From Phycisphaerae bacterium (lineage in GTDB: Bacteria > Planctomycetota > Phycisphaerae > UBA1845 > Fen-1342), in NCBI GenBank assembly GCA_030612705.1, contig JAUWNI010000004.1:4703-68702 (forward strand): a stretch of DNA of 64,000 nt, given 5' to 3'. Every line of letters starts with the position of its first letter. The first letter of the stretch is position 1. Positions 34,321-44,630 of the stretch are shown in pieces. Below the pieces are notes generated by a model. It saw only the letters and a list, made by a program, of their open reading frames with translations. It did not search any database and was not told the DNA's origin. A program made the translations under genes and the position numbers.

Positions 34321-35808
34321 TCAATCCGCCGGGACGCAGCGGCCGCGGGCCCATTGGCGGAGGTCTTCTACTTTTTCGGCCATGGTTACCGAGAGGGGCG
34401 GCGAGTTTTGCAGGGCGCGGAGGATGTGCTCCGTGCCGAGGCTTTCGTTTTGGGCGAATGCGTCGTGCAGGGATGAGAGGACGGCCTGCTCGATTTCGGC
34501 GCCGCTGAAGCCTTCGGACTCGCGGGCCAGGGCTTCGAGGTCGAAGTCGGCCGGGTCGCGCTTGCGCTTCTTGAGATGGATGGCGAAGATCTGGGCGCGG
34601 GTGTCCTCGCGCGGCAGATCGACGAAGAAGATCTCGTCGAAGCGGCCCTTGCGGAGCAACTCGGGCGGCAGGGCCTCGATGTCGTTGGCGGTCGCGACCA
34701 GAAACACCGGCTGGGCGTGCTCCTGCATCCAGGTCAGCAGCGTGCCGAACATGCGTTTTGACAGGCCGCCGTCGGTGGATTGGCTGGCGGCGGAGGCGAA
34801 GGCTTTTTCGATCTCGTCGATCCAGAGGATGATCGGGGCCATGGCTTCGGCCTGGGCGAGGGCGTCGCGGAGGCGGCGTTCGGACTCGCCTACGTAGCGG
34901 TCGTAGAGGGCGCCGACGTCCATGCGGAGCAGCGGGCGTTGCCAGGCGGTCGCGATGGCTTTGGCGCAGAGGCTTTTGCCGGCGCCCTGCACGCCGAGCA
35001 TCAGGACGCCGCGCGGGGCGGACAGGCCGTACTCGATGGCTTTTTCGGTGAGTGCGCCGTGACGTTGCTCGAGCCAGGTTTTGAGTCGGCGTAGGCCGCC
35101 GATTTCTTTGTTGTCGACCGGGGTCTCGACGAATTCGAGCAGGCCGGCGCCGCCGAGGGTTCGGCGTTTGCCGGCGAGGATGTGGTTGATGTCTTGCTCG
35201 TCGAATTTACGGTCGTCGGCGACGCAGTCGATGATGATGCGTTCGATCTGTCGGCGGGTGAGGCCGTGGAGGTTGCGGATGACGGTTTGCCAGCCGCCGC
35301 GGGTGATGTCGATGACGATCGGGCGCTCGCGGTGGGCTTTTCGGAGCGTTTCGCGGACGAGGGCCTTGATGTCCTTTTCGTCGGGCAGGGCGATCTCGAA
35401 GGGGGTGGCATAGGCCTTGACGACCTCGGACTTGATCGTCTCGTGGTCGATCATGACGAGTTGGCTGCCGGTGGTGCGGAACTGGTTTATCAGGTTTCGC
35501 CAGATGCGGAGCGTACGTTCCCGTGTAAGGTGTCCGGCGAGGTCGAGCGTGAGGCAGATCGGTTCGTTTTCGAGGCCGGCGAGGTGGATGAGGCCGGCGG
35601 CGGGGTCGGTGGTGTCGGGAATGGGTGGGCTGCCGGCGATGAGGCCGTCCTGCACGCCCCCGCTGAGCGACCACATTTGCAGGGGGCGTCTGAGCTTCAT
35701 GGCGGCGTCACGGATGAGGTGGAGGGCGTAGTCCTCTTCGAGCGTGACGATGGAGATACAGACGTGTCGGCAGCGTAGGAGTCTTTCGATGCGCTCTTCG
35801 TTGTTCAT
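34321..35808 (-). CDS. Ycf46-type AAA+ ATPase (495 aa)
   Basis: The motifs are GVLMLGVQGAGKSLCAKAIA (Walker A), PIILWIDEIEKAF (Walker B), VFLVATANDIEALPPELLRKGRFDEIFFVDLP and FSGAEIEQAV. The overall layout (an N-terminal ~230-aa domain plus a single AAA module) matches Ycf46-like proteins as I recall them. Confidence 0.8.
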   Translation of the reverse strand: MNNEERIERLLRCRHVCISIVTLEEDYALHLIRDAAMKLRRPLQMWSLSGGVQDGLIAGSPPIPDTTDPAAGLIHLAGLENEPICLTLDLAGHLTRERTLRIWRNLINQFRTTGSQLVMIDHETIKSEVVKAYATPFEIALPDEKDIKALVRETLRKAHRERPIVIDITRGGWQTVIRNLHGLTRRQIERIIIDCVADDRKFDEQDINHILAGKRRTLGGAGLLEFVETPVDNKEIGGLRRLKTWLEQRHGALTEKAIEYGLSAPRGVLMLGVQGAGKSLCAKAIATAWQRPLLRMDVGALYDRYVGESERRLRDALAQAEAMAPIILWIDEIEKAFASAASQSTDGGLSKRMFGTLLTWMQEHAQPVFLVATANDIEALPPELLRKGRFDEIFFVDLPREDTRAQIFAIHLKKRKRDPADFDLEALARESEGFSGAEIEQAVLSSLHDAFAQNESLGTEHILRALQNSPPLSVTMAEKVEDLRQWARGRCVPAD

Positions 35809-36399
35809 GGCGTCAGGCCTGCCTCACCAAAAGTTCGACGGTTGCCGCACGTGACGATTTGTACTTGCTGTCGTCGGTGGCGACAGAGAGCATAGTGTAA
35901 CTTCAACACTATGAATTCAAACCGCCAAGTCGACAAGAGCGCCGAGAAGGGTGGATGACGTTTCCGGCGGGGTGGTCGTCCCGCGCATGACCGTCATCCC
36001 GACGAGTCCGCCACGGGCGGGCGATGGAGGGATCCGGCCGCGAATCGCGAGCAACTCGATCGGCGCGGCAAGATTCCTCTGTGCTCTTCGGGGGCGGTCG
36101 GAATGCCAGGAAAGGCCATGACGGGAAAGGTGGGTGGGCGGTTTAGATTTGGGTGGCATGGGCAGGCTCGCCGAAGGTGAGTTTGCACGTGTTTTCGGAG
36201 GGAAGCCGGATGGATGCCTGAAGGTGTTTTCGGACAGTGCGATTCCGGAGGGTAAAAGGGGACATTCGTGACTGTCGCTAATTGTTGGAAGTCACGGGTT
36301 GGTCTCCCTGAACGGTTCGGGGCGCCGGGGAAATGTTGCGGCTCCGCTAACATATCGCGGCAATATTGCCGTGTGAAAATAGCATGCTGTCGAATAAGT

Positions 36400-36438
36400 A
36401 TCGCGGCCGCAACCCTTGGGACGGGGGGCGGCCGCGAT
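36400..36438 (-). terminator. 11-bp GC hairpin 23 nt downstream of the dockerin-like gene
   Basis: ATCGCGGCCGC (36400-36410) pairs with GCGGCCGCGAT (36428-36438). Only a weak T-tract (acTTATTcg) follows on the minus strand. Confidence 0.45.
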
Positions 36439-36460
36439 CGATTTAACGCGTTACGACGTT

Positions 36461-38143
36461 CTAGGCTCCGTACCCATAAACCGCGAGCAGGGTGGCAAGA
36501 TCCGAAAGATCCACGTCGCCGTCAAGATCCAGGTCGCCGTCGATCCAGGATACGTCTTCGGTCGCACCGTAATTTGCGAGCAATGCCGCGAGATCCGAGA
36601 GATCGGTGTCGCCGTCAAGATCCACGTCGCCGGTCACCGGGTGCGTCCAGGCCGCGCCGCTGGTCGAATTGCTTTCCGGGAACGGGTGAGTCATCTCGAC
36701 CCATTCGCCGCCCCCGCCTTGTACGAGGTCGTAGACTTGCATGGGGACGTCGGCTCCGTACACGCTGACAAGGTACACCTTGTTTTCGCCGCAGGCCATG
36801 CCGCGCCCGGCACTGTTGGTGCCGGTAAACGGCCCGACGATATACGTCATCGTAGCCGTATCAACGTCGATGGAGTAAAGTCCCGTGGGGCTGCCGTACT
36901 CGGTGTAACCGTAGAGCAGTCCGTCCGCGGCGTTGTAATCGAGCGCGAAAAATCGCATCGAGCCGGTGTCGACCAAAAGCGTCATATCGCCGGTGTCGGG
37001 ATCGATCTCATAAATGCCCTTGGGGCTGGCATAGTTGGAGAAACCGAACAACCGGCCGTTCCCGTACGCCAGAGCGCTCACGTCCAATTGCAGATCACAC
37101 ATCTGAAACGCCGGCCCTTCCACGGGGGCCAGGAAAAGATCCGAATTGAAAGCGCCGTTGGCGAGGTACAGCGACCCGTCGGGAAGACCAGCGGCCGCGC
37201 TGACCGCGATTGTAAATCCGTTGTTCCACGTTACATCCGGGAAACCGCTCAGATCGGTGCTGCGCGTCGGCAAGTCGCCGTATTCCACGCCGGCAAAGAG
37301 CGGACGCGTGGGATCTAGCGGCTCGGAGCCGCCCTCCGGAAGAACGGAGATATCGTCGTAATAGACGGTGGTCTGATGCGGGGCGTAGAGGTCGATGTTT
37401 CCGATCGCAAGCTGGCCGACCGAACCCACGATCCAATCACCCGAGTACAACAGCTCGTTGTTGTAGTACTCGTCGATCGTGCCGAGCCCGCCGCTCAGAT
37501 CCACCTCGATGCGAATTTCAACCCACTGGTCATAGATGATCGGAAGAGTGCTCGAGCCGCCCGGATCGCGCAGTTGATCATTCACCTGATCGGTAGCCGG
37601 ATCAAAATGAATCTCGACAGTCCAAAAATATGGACCGCCATGCTCGTAGTAGCTGTTCACCACGAAGTACGTGATGCCCGTCAGGTCCGAGGGGATGTAC
37701 TGCCAGGCGGTGATGATCCACTGCCCGCCTTCAAAACCCGACAGCGGGTGAATCGCGTCCACCGCCGTGTCATTAACCGAGATCGAATGCGGCGTTGAAT
37801 GCGCCTGAGCATCCGAAACAACGCCGGCGGCGGCGGGATCGTCGTCCCAACCCGTCCAGCCGCCCACGTTGTACAGCAGCGTTCCGTTCTCATAACTATC
37901 AAAATTATCAGACCAACCTTCGTCGGGCGGATCGCCGTCGAGGCACGGATTCGGCCAGCAGACCGTGTCGTCACCCTGGTACTCACCGCCGTTATCGAGG
38001 CAGAACGTCTCCGTCACTTGCAGGCATCCGTTGGTGTAGAAGCAACAGGCCCCTACCGGGTCGCCGAGCTCGGGACCTGGTTGTCCATAGGCCATGCCGG
38101 CCGTCAACAAAATGAGTGCCGTTGCCAGAAAAACCATCCGCAT
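36461..38143 (-). CDS. Secreted protein with a C-terminal dockerin-like (EF-hand type) tandem repeat
   Basis: The signal peptide is MRMVFLATALILLTAGMAYG. The C-terminus reads GDVDLDGDTDLSDLAALLANYG...GDLDLDGDVDLSDLATLLAVYGYGA. Confidence 0.75.
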   Translation of the reverse strand: MRMVFLATALILLTAGMAYGQPGPELGDPVGACCFYTNGCLQVTETFCLDNGGEYQGDDTVCWPNPCLDGDPPDEGWSDNFDSYENGTLLYNVGGWTGWDDDPAAAGVVSDAQAHSTPHSISVNDTAVDAIHPLSGFEGGQWIITAWQYIPSDLTGITYFVVNSYYEHGGPYFWTVEIHFDPATDQVNDQLRDPGGSSTLPIIYDQWVEIRIEVDLSGGLGTIDEYYNNELLYSGDWIVGSVGQLAIGNIDLYAPHQTTVYYDDISVLPEGGSEPLDPTRPLFAGVEYGDLPTRSTDLSGFPDVTWNNGFTIAVSAAAGLPDGSLYLANGAFNSDLFLAPVEGPAFQMCDLQLDVSALAYGNGRLFGFSNYASPKGIYEIDPDTGDMTLLVDTGSMRFFALDYNAADGLLYGYTEYGSPTGLYSIDVDTATMTYIVGPFTGTNSAGRGMACGENKVYLVSVYGADVPMQVYDLVQGGGGEWVEMTHPFPESNSTSGAAWTHPVTGDVDLDGDTDLSDLAALLANYGATEDVSWIDGDLDLDGDVDLSDLATLLAVYGYGA

Positions 38144-38385
38144 GTCTTAACCTCCTTGTGTTTTTGCCGTCGCTACCGCGCGACACAGCACGGAGCAGAA
38201 CAAATACGTAGACCGTGAATTAGCGAAGTTTCGCAAATATGTGCTTGAAACCACATCGCATGTCTAGATTAAACATTTGGATAATATATTGCAATATCAA
38301 AATCAAAAAATGCGTAAGAATTTGACATTCAATCTCCTATGGGCCATATTGGTTATTGAAAACTCCAGCGTTTGGTAATCATAAT

Positions 38386-39621
38386 ATGAGCAGAACTCTT
38401 GAACAGGATTCATCTCCCAACTTCATGGTTGGAGCGGAATATGCGATTCGAGAGTTGCGCGATGCCATCGGCTCTATCATCGCCAGCATTCCTGGCTTTT
38501 CCTATGGTCGTCCGAACGATCTCGCCGTCGAATTGGGTCTTGATCCCAAACTGGCCTGGAACGTGGGACGTTGCCTCGAAGGTTCCGATCAATTCGCTTC
38601 GGCGAAATATATCCCCGGGCCAACCGGCATGCGCACGCTGCTGCGCGCGGCCAAGCGACGAAACGCACCGGAAGAGGTGCTCGAACAAACCCGATCGGCG
38701 TTCGAGTCTTTTCACGAATTGGTGCAAAAGCACGCCGGCTCCCGCAAGCATTTCAACATGCTCGCCGCGGGTTTGTCGATAACGGACAGCGCTCGTGCCG
38801 ATCTAGAGCATCGCCGCATGTTGTTCGACGGCAGTACATATATCTGGGGAGTTCAGGCGCGCACGCTTTTCCGGACTTATATAGTGCGCCCTTCCGACGA
38901 AAATGCGGCTACATACGACTTGGCGACGGTGCGCGGTCTCGTTGATTTCACGCGCATGAGACCGAATATCGCTTGGCGATTTACGCTGCCGTCCTCGACC
39001 GACGACGACGAAATCACACGCGCGAACGTGGTTCACGTGGCCCTGGACCCGCGAGTCAAGGGGTCGGTTCCCATGCTCTCGAATTTTTGCACTCACCCTC
39101 TGCCGGAATTTCGCCGGCGAGCCGACTCCGGCAACACGCGCGAATTCGAGCTCGTCGAAAGCTCGGTCGGCATTTCGGGACGCGCGACATACGTGGTCGG
39201 CGAGTTGTTGCCGCAACTTGAACCGCGCTATCATCGGCCGCTGTATCGCGATTTTTGCGTGTCCTACGTGATTCGCACGCCGGCCAGGAATTTGGTTTGC
39301 GATCTCCTAATTCACCGAGACCTGTTCCCTGACAGGGATCCACCCTCGGTCGAGTTGTACAGCGACCTGTTTAATTACGGAATCGTGATCAAGTACACGG
39401 AATCTGACCGGATGCCCGTGCATGAAACCCTGGAGAGGCTCGGCGACGGATCGGAAGCGGCCTTTACACCCGAAATTCCGCGCTATCCGGAAATGCTGCG
39501 GTACGTGCTGGATCGAGTGGGCTGGAACGGCGACGAATTCGATTTCTATCGTTTACGAATGCAATATCCCCCTATCCACACTACGCTGATGCTGCGCAAA
39601 CCGCTACCGGAGCCGGGATAA
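38386..39621 (+). CDS. Hypothetical protein (411 aa), no recognisable motif
   Basis: This is a long ORF with coding-like composition, preceded by an AT-rich 240-bp spacer. The start is chosen at the ATG at 38386; the tracked ORF begins at the TTG at 38356. Confidence 0.6.
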   Translation: MSRTLEQDSSPNFMVGAEYAIRELRDAIGSIIASIPGFSYGRPNDLAVELGLDPKLAWNVGRCLEGSDQFASAKYIPGPTGMRTLLRAAKRRNAPEEVLEQTRSAFESFHELVQKHAGSRKHFNMLAAGLSITDSARADLEHRRMLFDGSTYIWGVQARTLFRTYIVRPSDENAATYDLATVRGLVDFTRMRPNIAWRFTLPSSTDDDEITRANVVHVALDPRVKGSVPMLSNFCTHPLPEFRRRADSGNTREFELVESSVGISGRATYVVGELLPQLEPRYHRPLYRDFCVSYVIRTPARNLVCDLLIHRDLFPDRDPPSVELYSDLFNYGIVIKYTESDRMPVHETLERLGDGSEAAFTPEIPRYPEMLRYVLDRVGWNGDEFDFYRLRMQYPPIHTTLMLRKPLPEPG

Positions 39622-40137
39622 TAGCGACCGGGGGCTGTTCGAGCGGCTGACGGCTTGGCAATGGTCGAGCGCTCGGGCGTATGAGACCGGCGCCCCCACG
39701 GTCCCGACCTTTGTGCCTACCCCGACCCGAATCGATTGCCATAGGATTAGCGCGTGAGAAAGCCATAGCGTGCCGCCAAATTTGGCCCTCACCTGCGTTT
39801 CGGGTTCGGTTGTGGGCGCGTGGTTGCGCGCGATGATTTCACTGCGGGGCGGGATTGGGCAGATTCTCCCGGATTGTGCAGATTCTTCGAGAAATTCGGC
39901 GGTCTTGGCGGTGGGCGCATTGCAGCGGCCTGACGCGACTACTATACTCACGGGACTATGGTGGCGCCCTTGGTGCTGGTTCACCGAGTGGCCGTCCGGC
40001 GACATCCGGAAGACACCTATCAGCGTTGCGGTTTAGATCGTCAAGGCGGTTTCCTTGACGCTTGGAATATTGATTGGTGGGCTGGAAGCACAGCCCGATG
40101 TTGAGGCTAGCCCCAACGGATTCTACGGTTGAGTTGA

Positions 40138-41514
<1,377 letters not shown>

Positions 41515-41617
41515 GCCGCGGGAGTTTTCAGCAAGTGTTTTGGCGCGGTGCGAGGTGGGAATTCCGCCTCGCCCGCGCTTTTGTTATTCTGGCGCGTGGA
41601 CGACGCGAGAGTTTGAG

Positions 41618-44581
41618 ATGGTCGAACCCGGTCACGGTGCCCAGCGCGACGAACCTGATCTGCACTTCCGCGGGTTTCATCAACTGATGCCCAACCGGGT
41701 GCGGAACGTGCTGCTGGTTTCCAGCCTGTACGAATCGTTCATCCTCGAGGAAGAGGGGCTACTGACCGAGCTGATCTCCAGCGAATACGTGGACATGAAC
41801 CTCAGCCAGGCCCCGCGCGTCTCTCGGGCAACAACGGGAAAAGAGGCCCTCGAGTTCATCCAAACCCAGCCGGTCGATCTGGTCATCACGATGACCCGCC
41901 TGGGGCAGTGGAACCTGCCGGACTTCGCCCGGGCCGTAAAAGAGGTCCACCCCGACCTGCCGGTGCTGGTGTTGGCGGGCGAGAACCGGGAGCTGCTCCG
42001 ACACCCGGAACTTTCGCAGTGCGAGAGCATCGACCGGATTTTCGTCTGGAACGGCGACGCGAAAATCCTGTTGGCAATCGTCAAATTCATCGAGGACCGG
42101 CTCAACGCCGAGTACGATACGCGCTACGGCGACGTGCGGGTCATCATCCTGGTCGAAAACTCGGTGCGGTTTTACTCGGCTTATCTGCCGCTGATCTATG
42201 AGGAGCTGGTCAAGCTGACGCAATCGCTGATGGCCGAGGGCATCAATCCGATGCACCGGCTGCTGCGGATGCGGGCCCGGCCGAAAATCCTGCTGGCCGA
42301 AACCTTCGAGGAGGCTTGGGAGCTTTACTCGAAGTACAGCGAGAACCTGTTGGGGGTGATCTCGGACGTCCGCTTTCCAAAGGGCGGCGAGCTGAACGAT
42401 CACGCGGGGCTGGATTTCATTCGGCTGATTCGCGCGGAGTCGCCGCACCTGCCGATCCTGCTGCAATCATCGGACGCCGGACACGCGCGGGCGGCGGAAG
42501 AGTTGCAGGCGTTTTTCCTGAACAAGAATTCGCGCAGCCTCTTGCAGAATTTGCGGGCGTTCATTCTCGGCTATCTGGGTTTCGGGGATTTCGTTTTCGT
42601 GACGCCGGACGGGAGCGAGGTCGGCCGGGCGCACGACCTGCTCTCGTTCGAACAGGCGATTGCGACGGTACCGTCGGAATCGCTGGTGTTTCACGCCAAG
42701 AACAACCACTTCAGCAACTGGCTGATGGCCCGGACGGAGTTCGGGTTGGCGGCCCGGATTCGGCCGCGAAAGGTGACGGACTTCGCGACCGTGGCGGAGT
42801 TGCGTAAGTACATGCTGGAAATGCTGGCGGAGTTTCGCGAGCGTACCCAGAGCGGGGTGATCACGGAATTTTCGCCCGCGCGGCTGGGCATCCCGATGGC
42901 GTTTACCCGCATCGGCAGCGGCTCGATCGGCGGAAAGGCCCGCGGTTTGGCGTTCATCAACGCCTTGATTCGCCGTTACGATCTCCGCCGTCGCTTTGAG
43001 GGCGTGCGCATCGCCGTCCCGAGCAGCGCGGCGATTGGGACGGACGTCTACGACGAGTTTCTCGATAGAAACCGTCTCCGAGAATTCGTGGCCCGGGACG
43101 TCGATGACGAGGAGATCGCGAAGACGTTTCTGGCGGCGAAGCTGCCCAAGGCAATCTTCAGCGATCTGACGGCGTTTCTACATCAGGTGCGTTATCCGCT
43201 GGCGGTCCGGTCGAGCAGTTTATTGGAGGACTCGCAAGGCCGACCCTTCGCGGGCGTCTACACCACCCACATGATTCCGAACAACCACACCGACCTGAAG
43301 GTTCGACTCGAGCAGCTTTGCGACGCGATCAAGCTCGTCTACGCCTCGACCTTCTTCCGCGCCGCCCGGCGTTATCTCGGAGCGACCGGCCGGCATTCGG
43401 AGGAGGAGAAGATGGGCGTCATCCTCCAGGAACTCGTCGGCAGCAAGCACAACGGGCGATTCTACCCGACCTTTTCCGGGGTGGCGCGCTCGTATAACTA
43501 TTACCCCACCGGACAGATGGAGCCGGAAGACGGCGTCGCCAGCGTGGCCCTGGGGCTGGGTAAGATAGTTGTCGAAGGTGGGCAGAGTCTGATGTTTTCG
43601 CCCGCCCTGCCGCAAGTCCTCCCGCAATTCCCGACCACGAAAGACCTGCTGGCGAACTCGCAGCGCCAGTTTATCGCGTTGGACATAAGACACCCGGATG
43701 TGTATCCGACCCCGGACGCCAACGCCAACCTGGTCATGCCGAACTTGGACGTGGCGGAAGCCGACGGCACCTTGGCGCCGATCGGGTCGGTTTACTCGGC
43801 GGAGAATGACGTTGTTTACGACGGCGTGTTCCGCGACGGGCCGCGGCTGGTGACGTTTGCGCACGTGCTCAAGTCCGACCTGTTTCCGTTGGCGGAGATA
43901 CTCCGGCTGTTGCTGGAGATCGGCCGCGAGGGGATGGCCTGCCCGATCGAGATCGAATTCGCCGTGGACATGAGCGAGCAGCCGATGGAATTCGGGTTTT
44001 TGCAGATCCGCCCGATCTTTTCGTATGAAGAGTGCGGCGACGTCACCATTGAGGATACCGACCCGGATCACGCGGTTTGCTACAGTCCGCGGGCATTGGG
44101 TGACGGGCAAATCGGCGGCATACATGACATTATCTACGTCAAGCCCGATGACTTCGACGTGAGCCAGACGCGGGAGATTGCCGCCGAGCTGGCAAAGGTC
44201 AACGACGAGCTGCTTCGTAGCGAGCGGCAATGCGTTCTGATCGGTCCGGGACGGTGGGGATCGGCCGATCGCTGGCTGGGAATCCCGGTGACGTGGGAGC
44301 AGATCTCGTCGGCACGGGTGATCGTGGAAACGTCTCTGGAGGATTTTGTGGTCACGCCCTCGCAGGGCACGCACTTCTTTCAGAACCTGACGTCGTTCGG
44401 GATCGGATACTTCACCGTGCATCCCTCACTGCACGAGGGCTTCATCGACTGGGATTGGCTCGCGGCGCAAAAGGCCGTGGGGGAAACGCACTTCATCCGC
44501 CACGTGCGCCTACACAAACCGCTCGACGTTCGGCTGAACGGCCGAACCAGGCAGGGGGTGATCCTCAAGCCCACCCGGTAG
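41618..44581 (+). CDS. Receiver-domain / PEP-pyruvate-binding (PPDK_N-like) multidomain protein, 987 aa
   Basis: The N-terminal CheY-like regions read NVLLVSSLYESFILEEEG...DLVITM and RVIILVENSVRFYS. The central region IGGKARGLAFI...LAVRSSSLLEDSQGRPFAGVYTTH is the ATP-grasp PEP/pyruvate-binding domain of PEP synthase/PPDK relatives. The start is chosen at the ATG at 41618, because the tracked start at 41453 overlaps gdhA. Confidence 0.75.
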   Translation: MVEPGHGAQRDEPDLHFRGFHQLMPNRVRNVLLVSSLYESFILEEEGLLTELISSEYVDMNLSQAPRVSRATTGKEALEFIQTQPVDLVITMTRLGQWNLPDFARAVKEVHPDLPVLVLAGENRELLRHPELSQCESIDRIFVWNGDAKILLAIVKFIEDRLNAEYDTRYGDVRVIILVENSVRFYSAYLPLIYEELVKLTQSLMAEGINPMHRLLRMRARPKILLAETFEEAWELYSKYSENLLGVISDVRFPKGGELNDHAGLDFIRLIRAESPHLPILLQSSDAGHARAAEELQAFFLNKNSRSLLQNLRAFILGYLGFGDFVFVTPDGSEVGRAHDLLSFEQAIATVPSESLVFHAKNNHFSNWLMARTEFGLAARIRPRKVTDFATVAELRKYMLEMLAEFRERTQSGVITEFSPARLGIPMAFTRIGSGSIGGKARGLAFINALIRRYDLRRRFEGVRIAVPSSAAIGTDVYDEFLDRNRLREFVARDVDDEEIAKTFLAAKLPKAIFSDLTAFLHQVRYPLAVRSSSLLEDSQGRPFAGVYTTHMIPNNHTDLKVRLEQLCDAIKLVYASTFFRAARRYLGATGRHSEEEKMGVILQELVGSKHNGRFYPTFSGVARSYNYYPTGQMEPEDGVASVALGLGKIVVEGGQSLMFSPALPQVLPQFPTTKDLLANSQRQFIALDIRHPDVYPTPDANANLVMPNLDVAEADGTLAPIGSVYSAENDVVYDGVFRDGPRLVTFAHVLKSDLFPLAEILRLLLEIGREGMACPIEIEFAVDMSEQPMEFGFLQIRPIFSYEECGDVTIEDTDPDHAVCYSPRALGDGQIGGIHDIIYVKPDDFDVSQTREIAAELAKVNDELLRSERQCVLIGPGRWGSADRWLGIPVTWEQISSARVIVETSLEDFVVTPSQGTHFFQNLTSFGIGYFTVHPSLHEGFIDWDWLAAQKAVGETHFIRHVRLHKPLDVRLNGRTRQGVILKPTR

Positions 44582-44630
44582 GCGCGCCACAAACGCCGCG
44601 AAGCCCTTGAAGTGGAAACGTCATTGACGA

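Noticed and set aside
35809-36399. The 590-bp spacer upstream of the AAA+ gene was scanned for ncRNA or small genes (ORFs 35917..36159, 35994..36353, 36268..36768).
   Set aside because: The ORF translations are Pro/Arg/Gly-rich, with no SD or motif. I could not recognise any known RNA family (tRNA, tmRNA, RNase P, SRP, 6S) by eye. Covariance-model searches would be needed.
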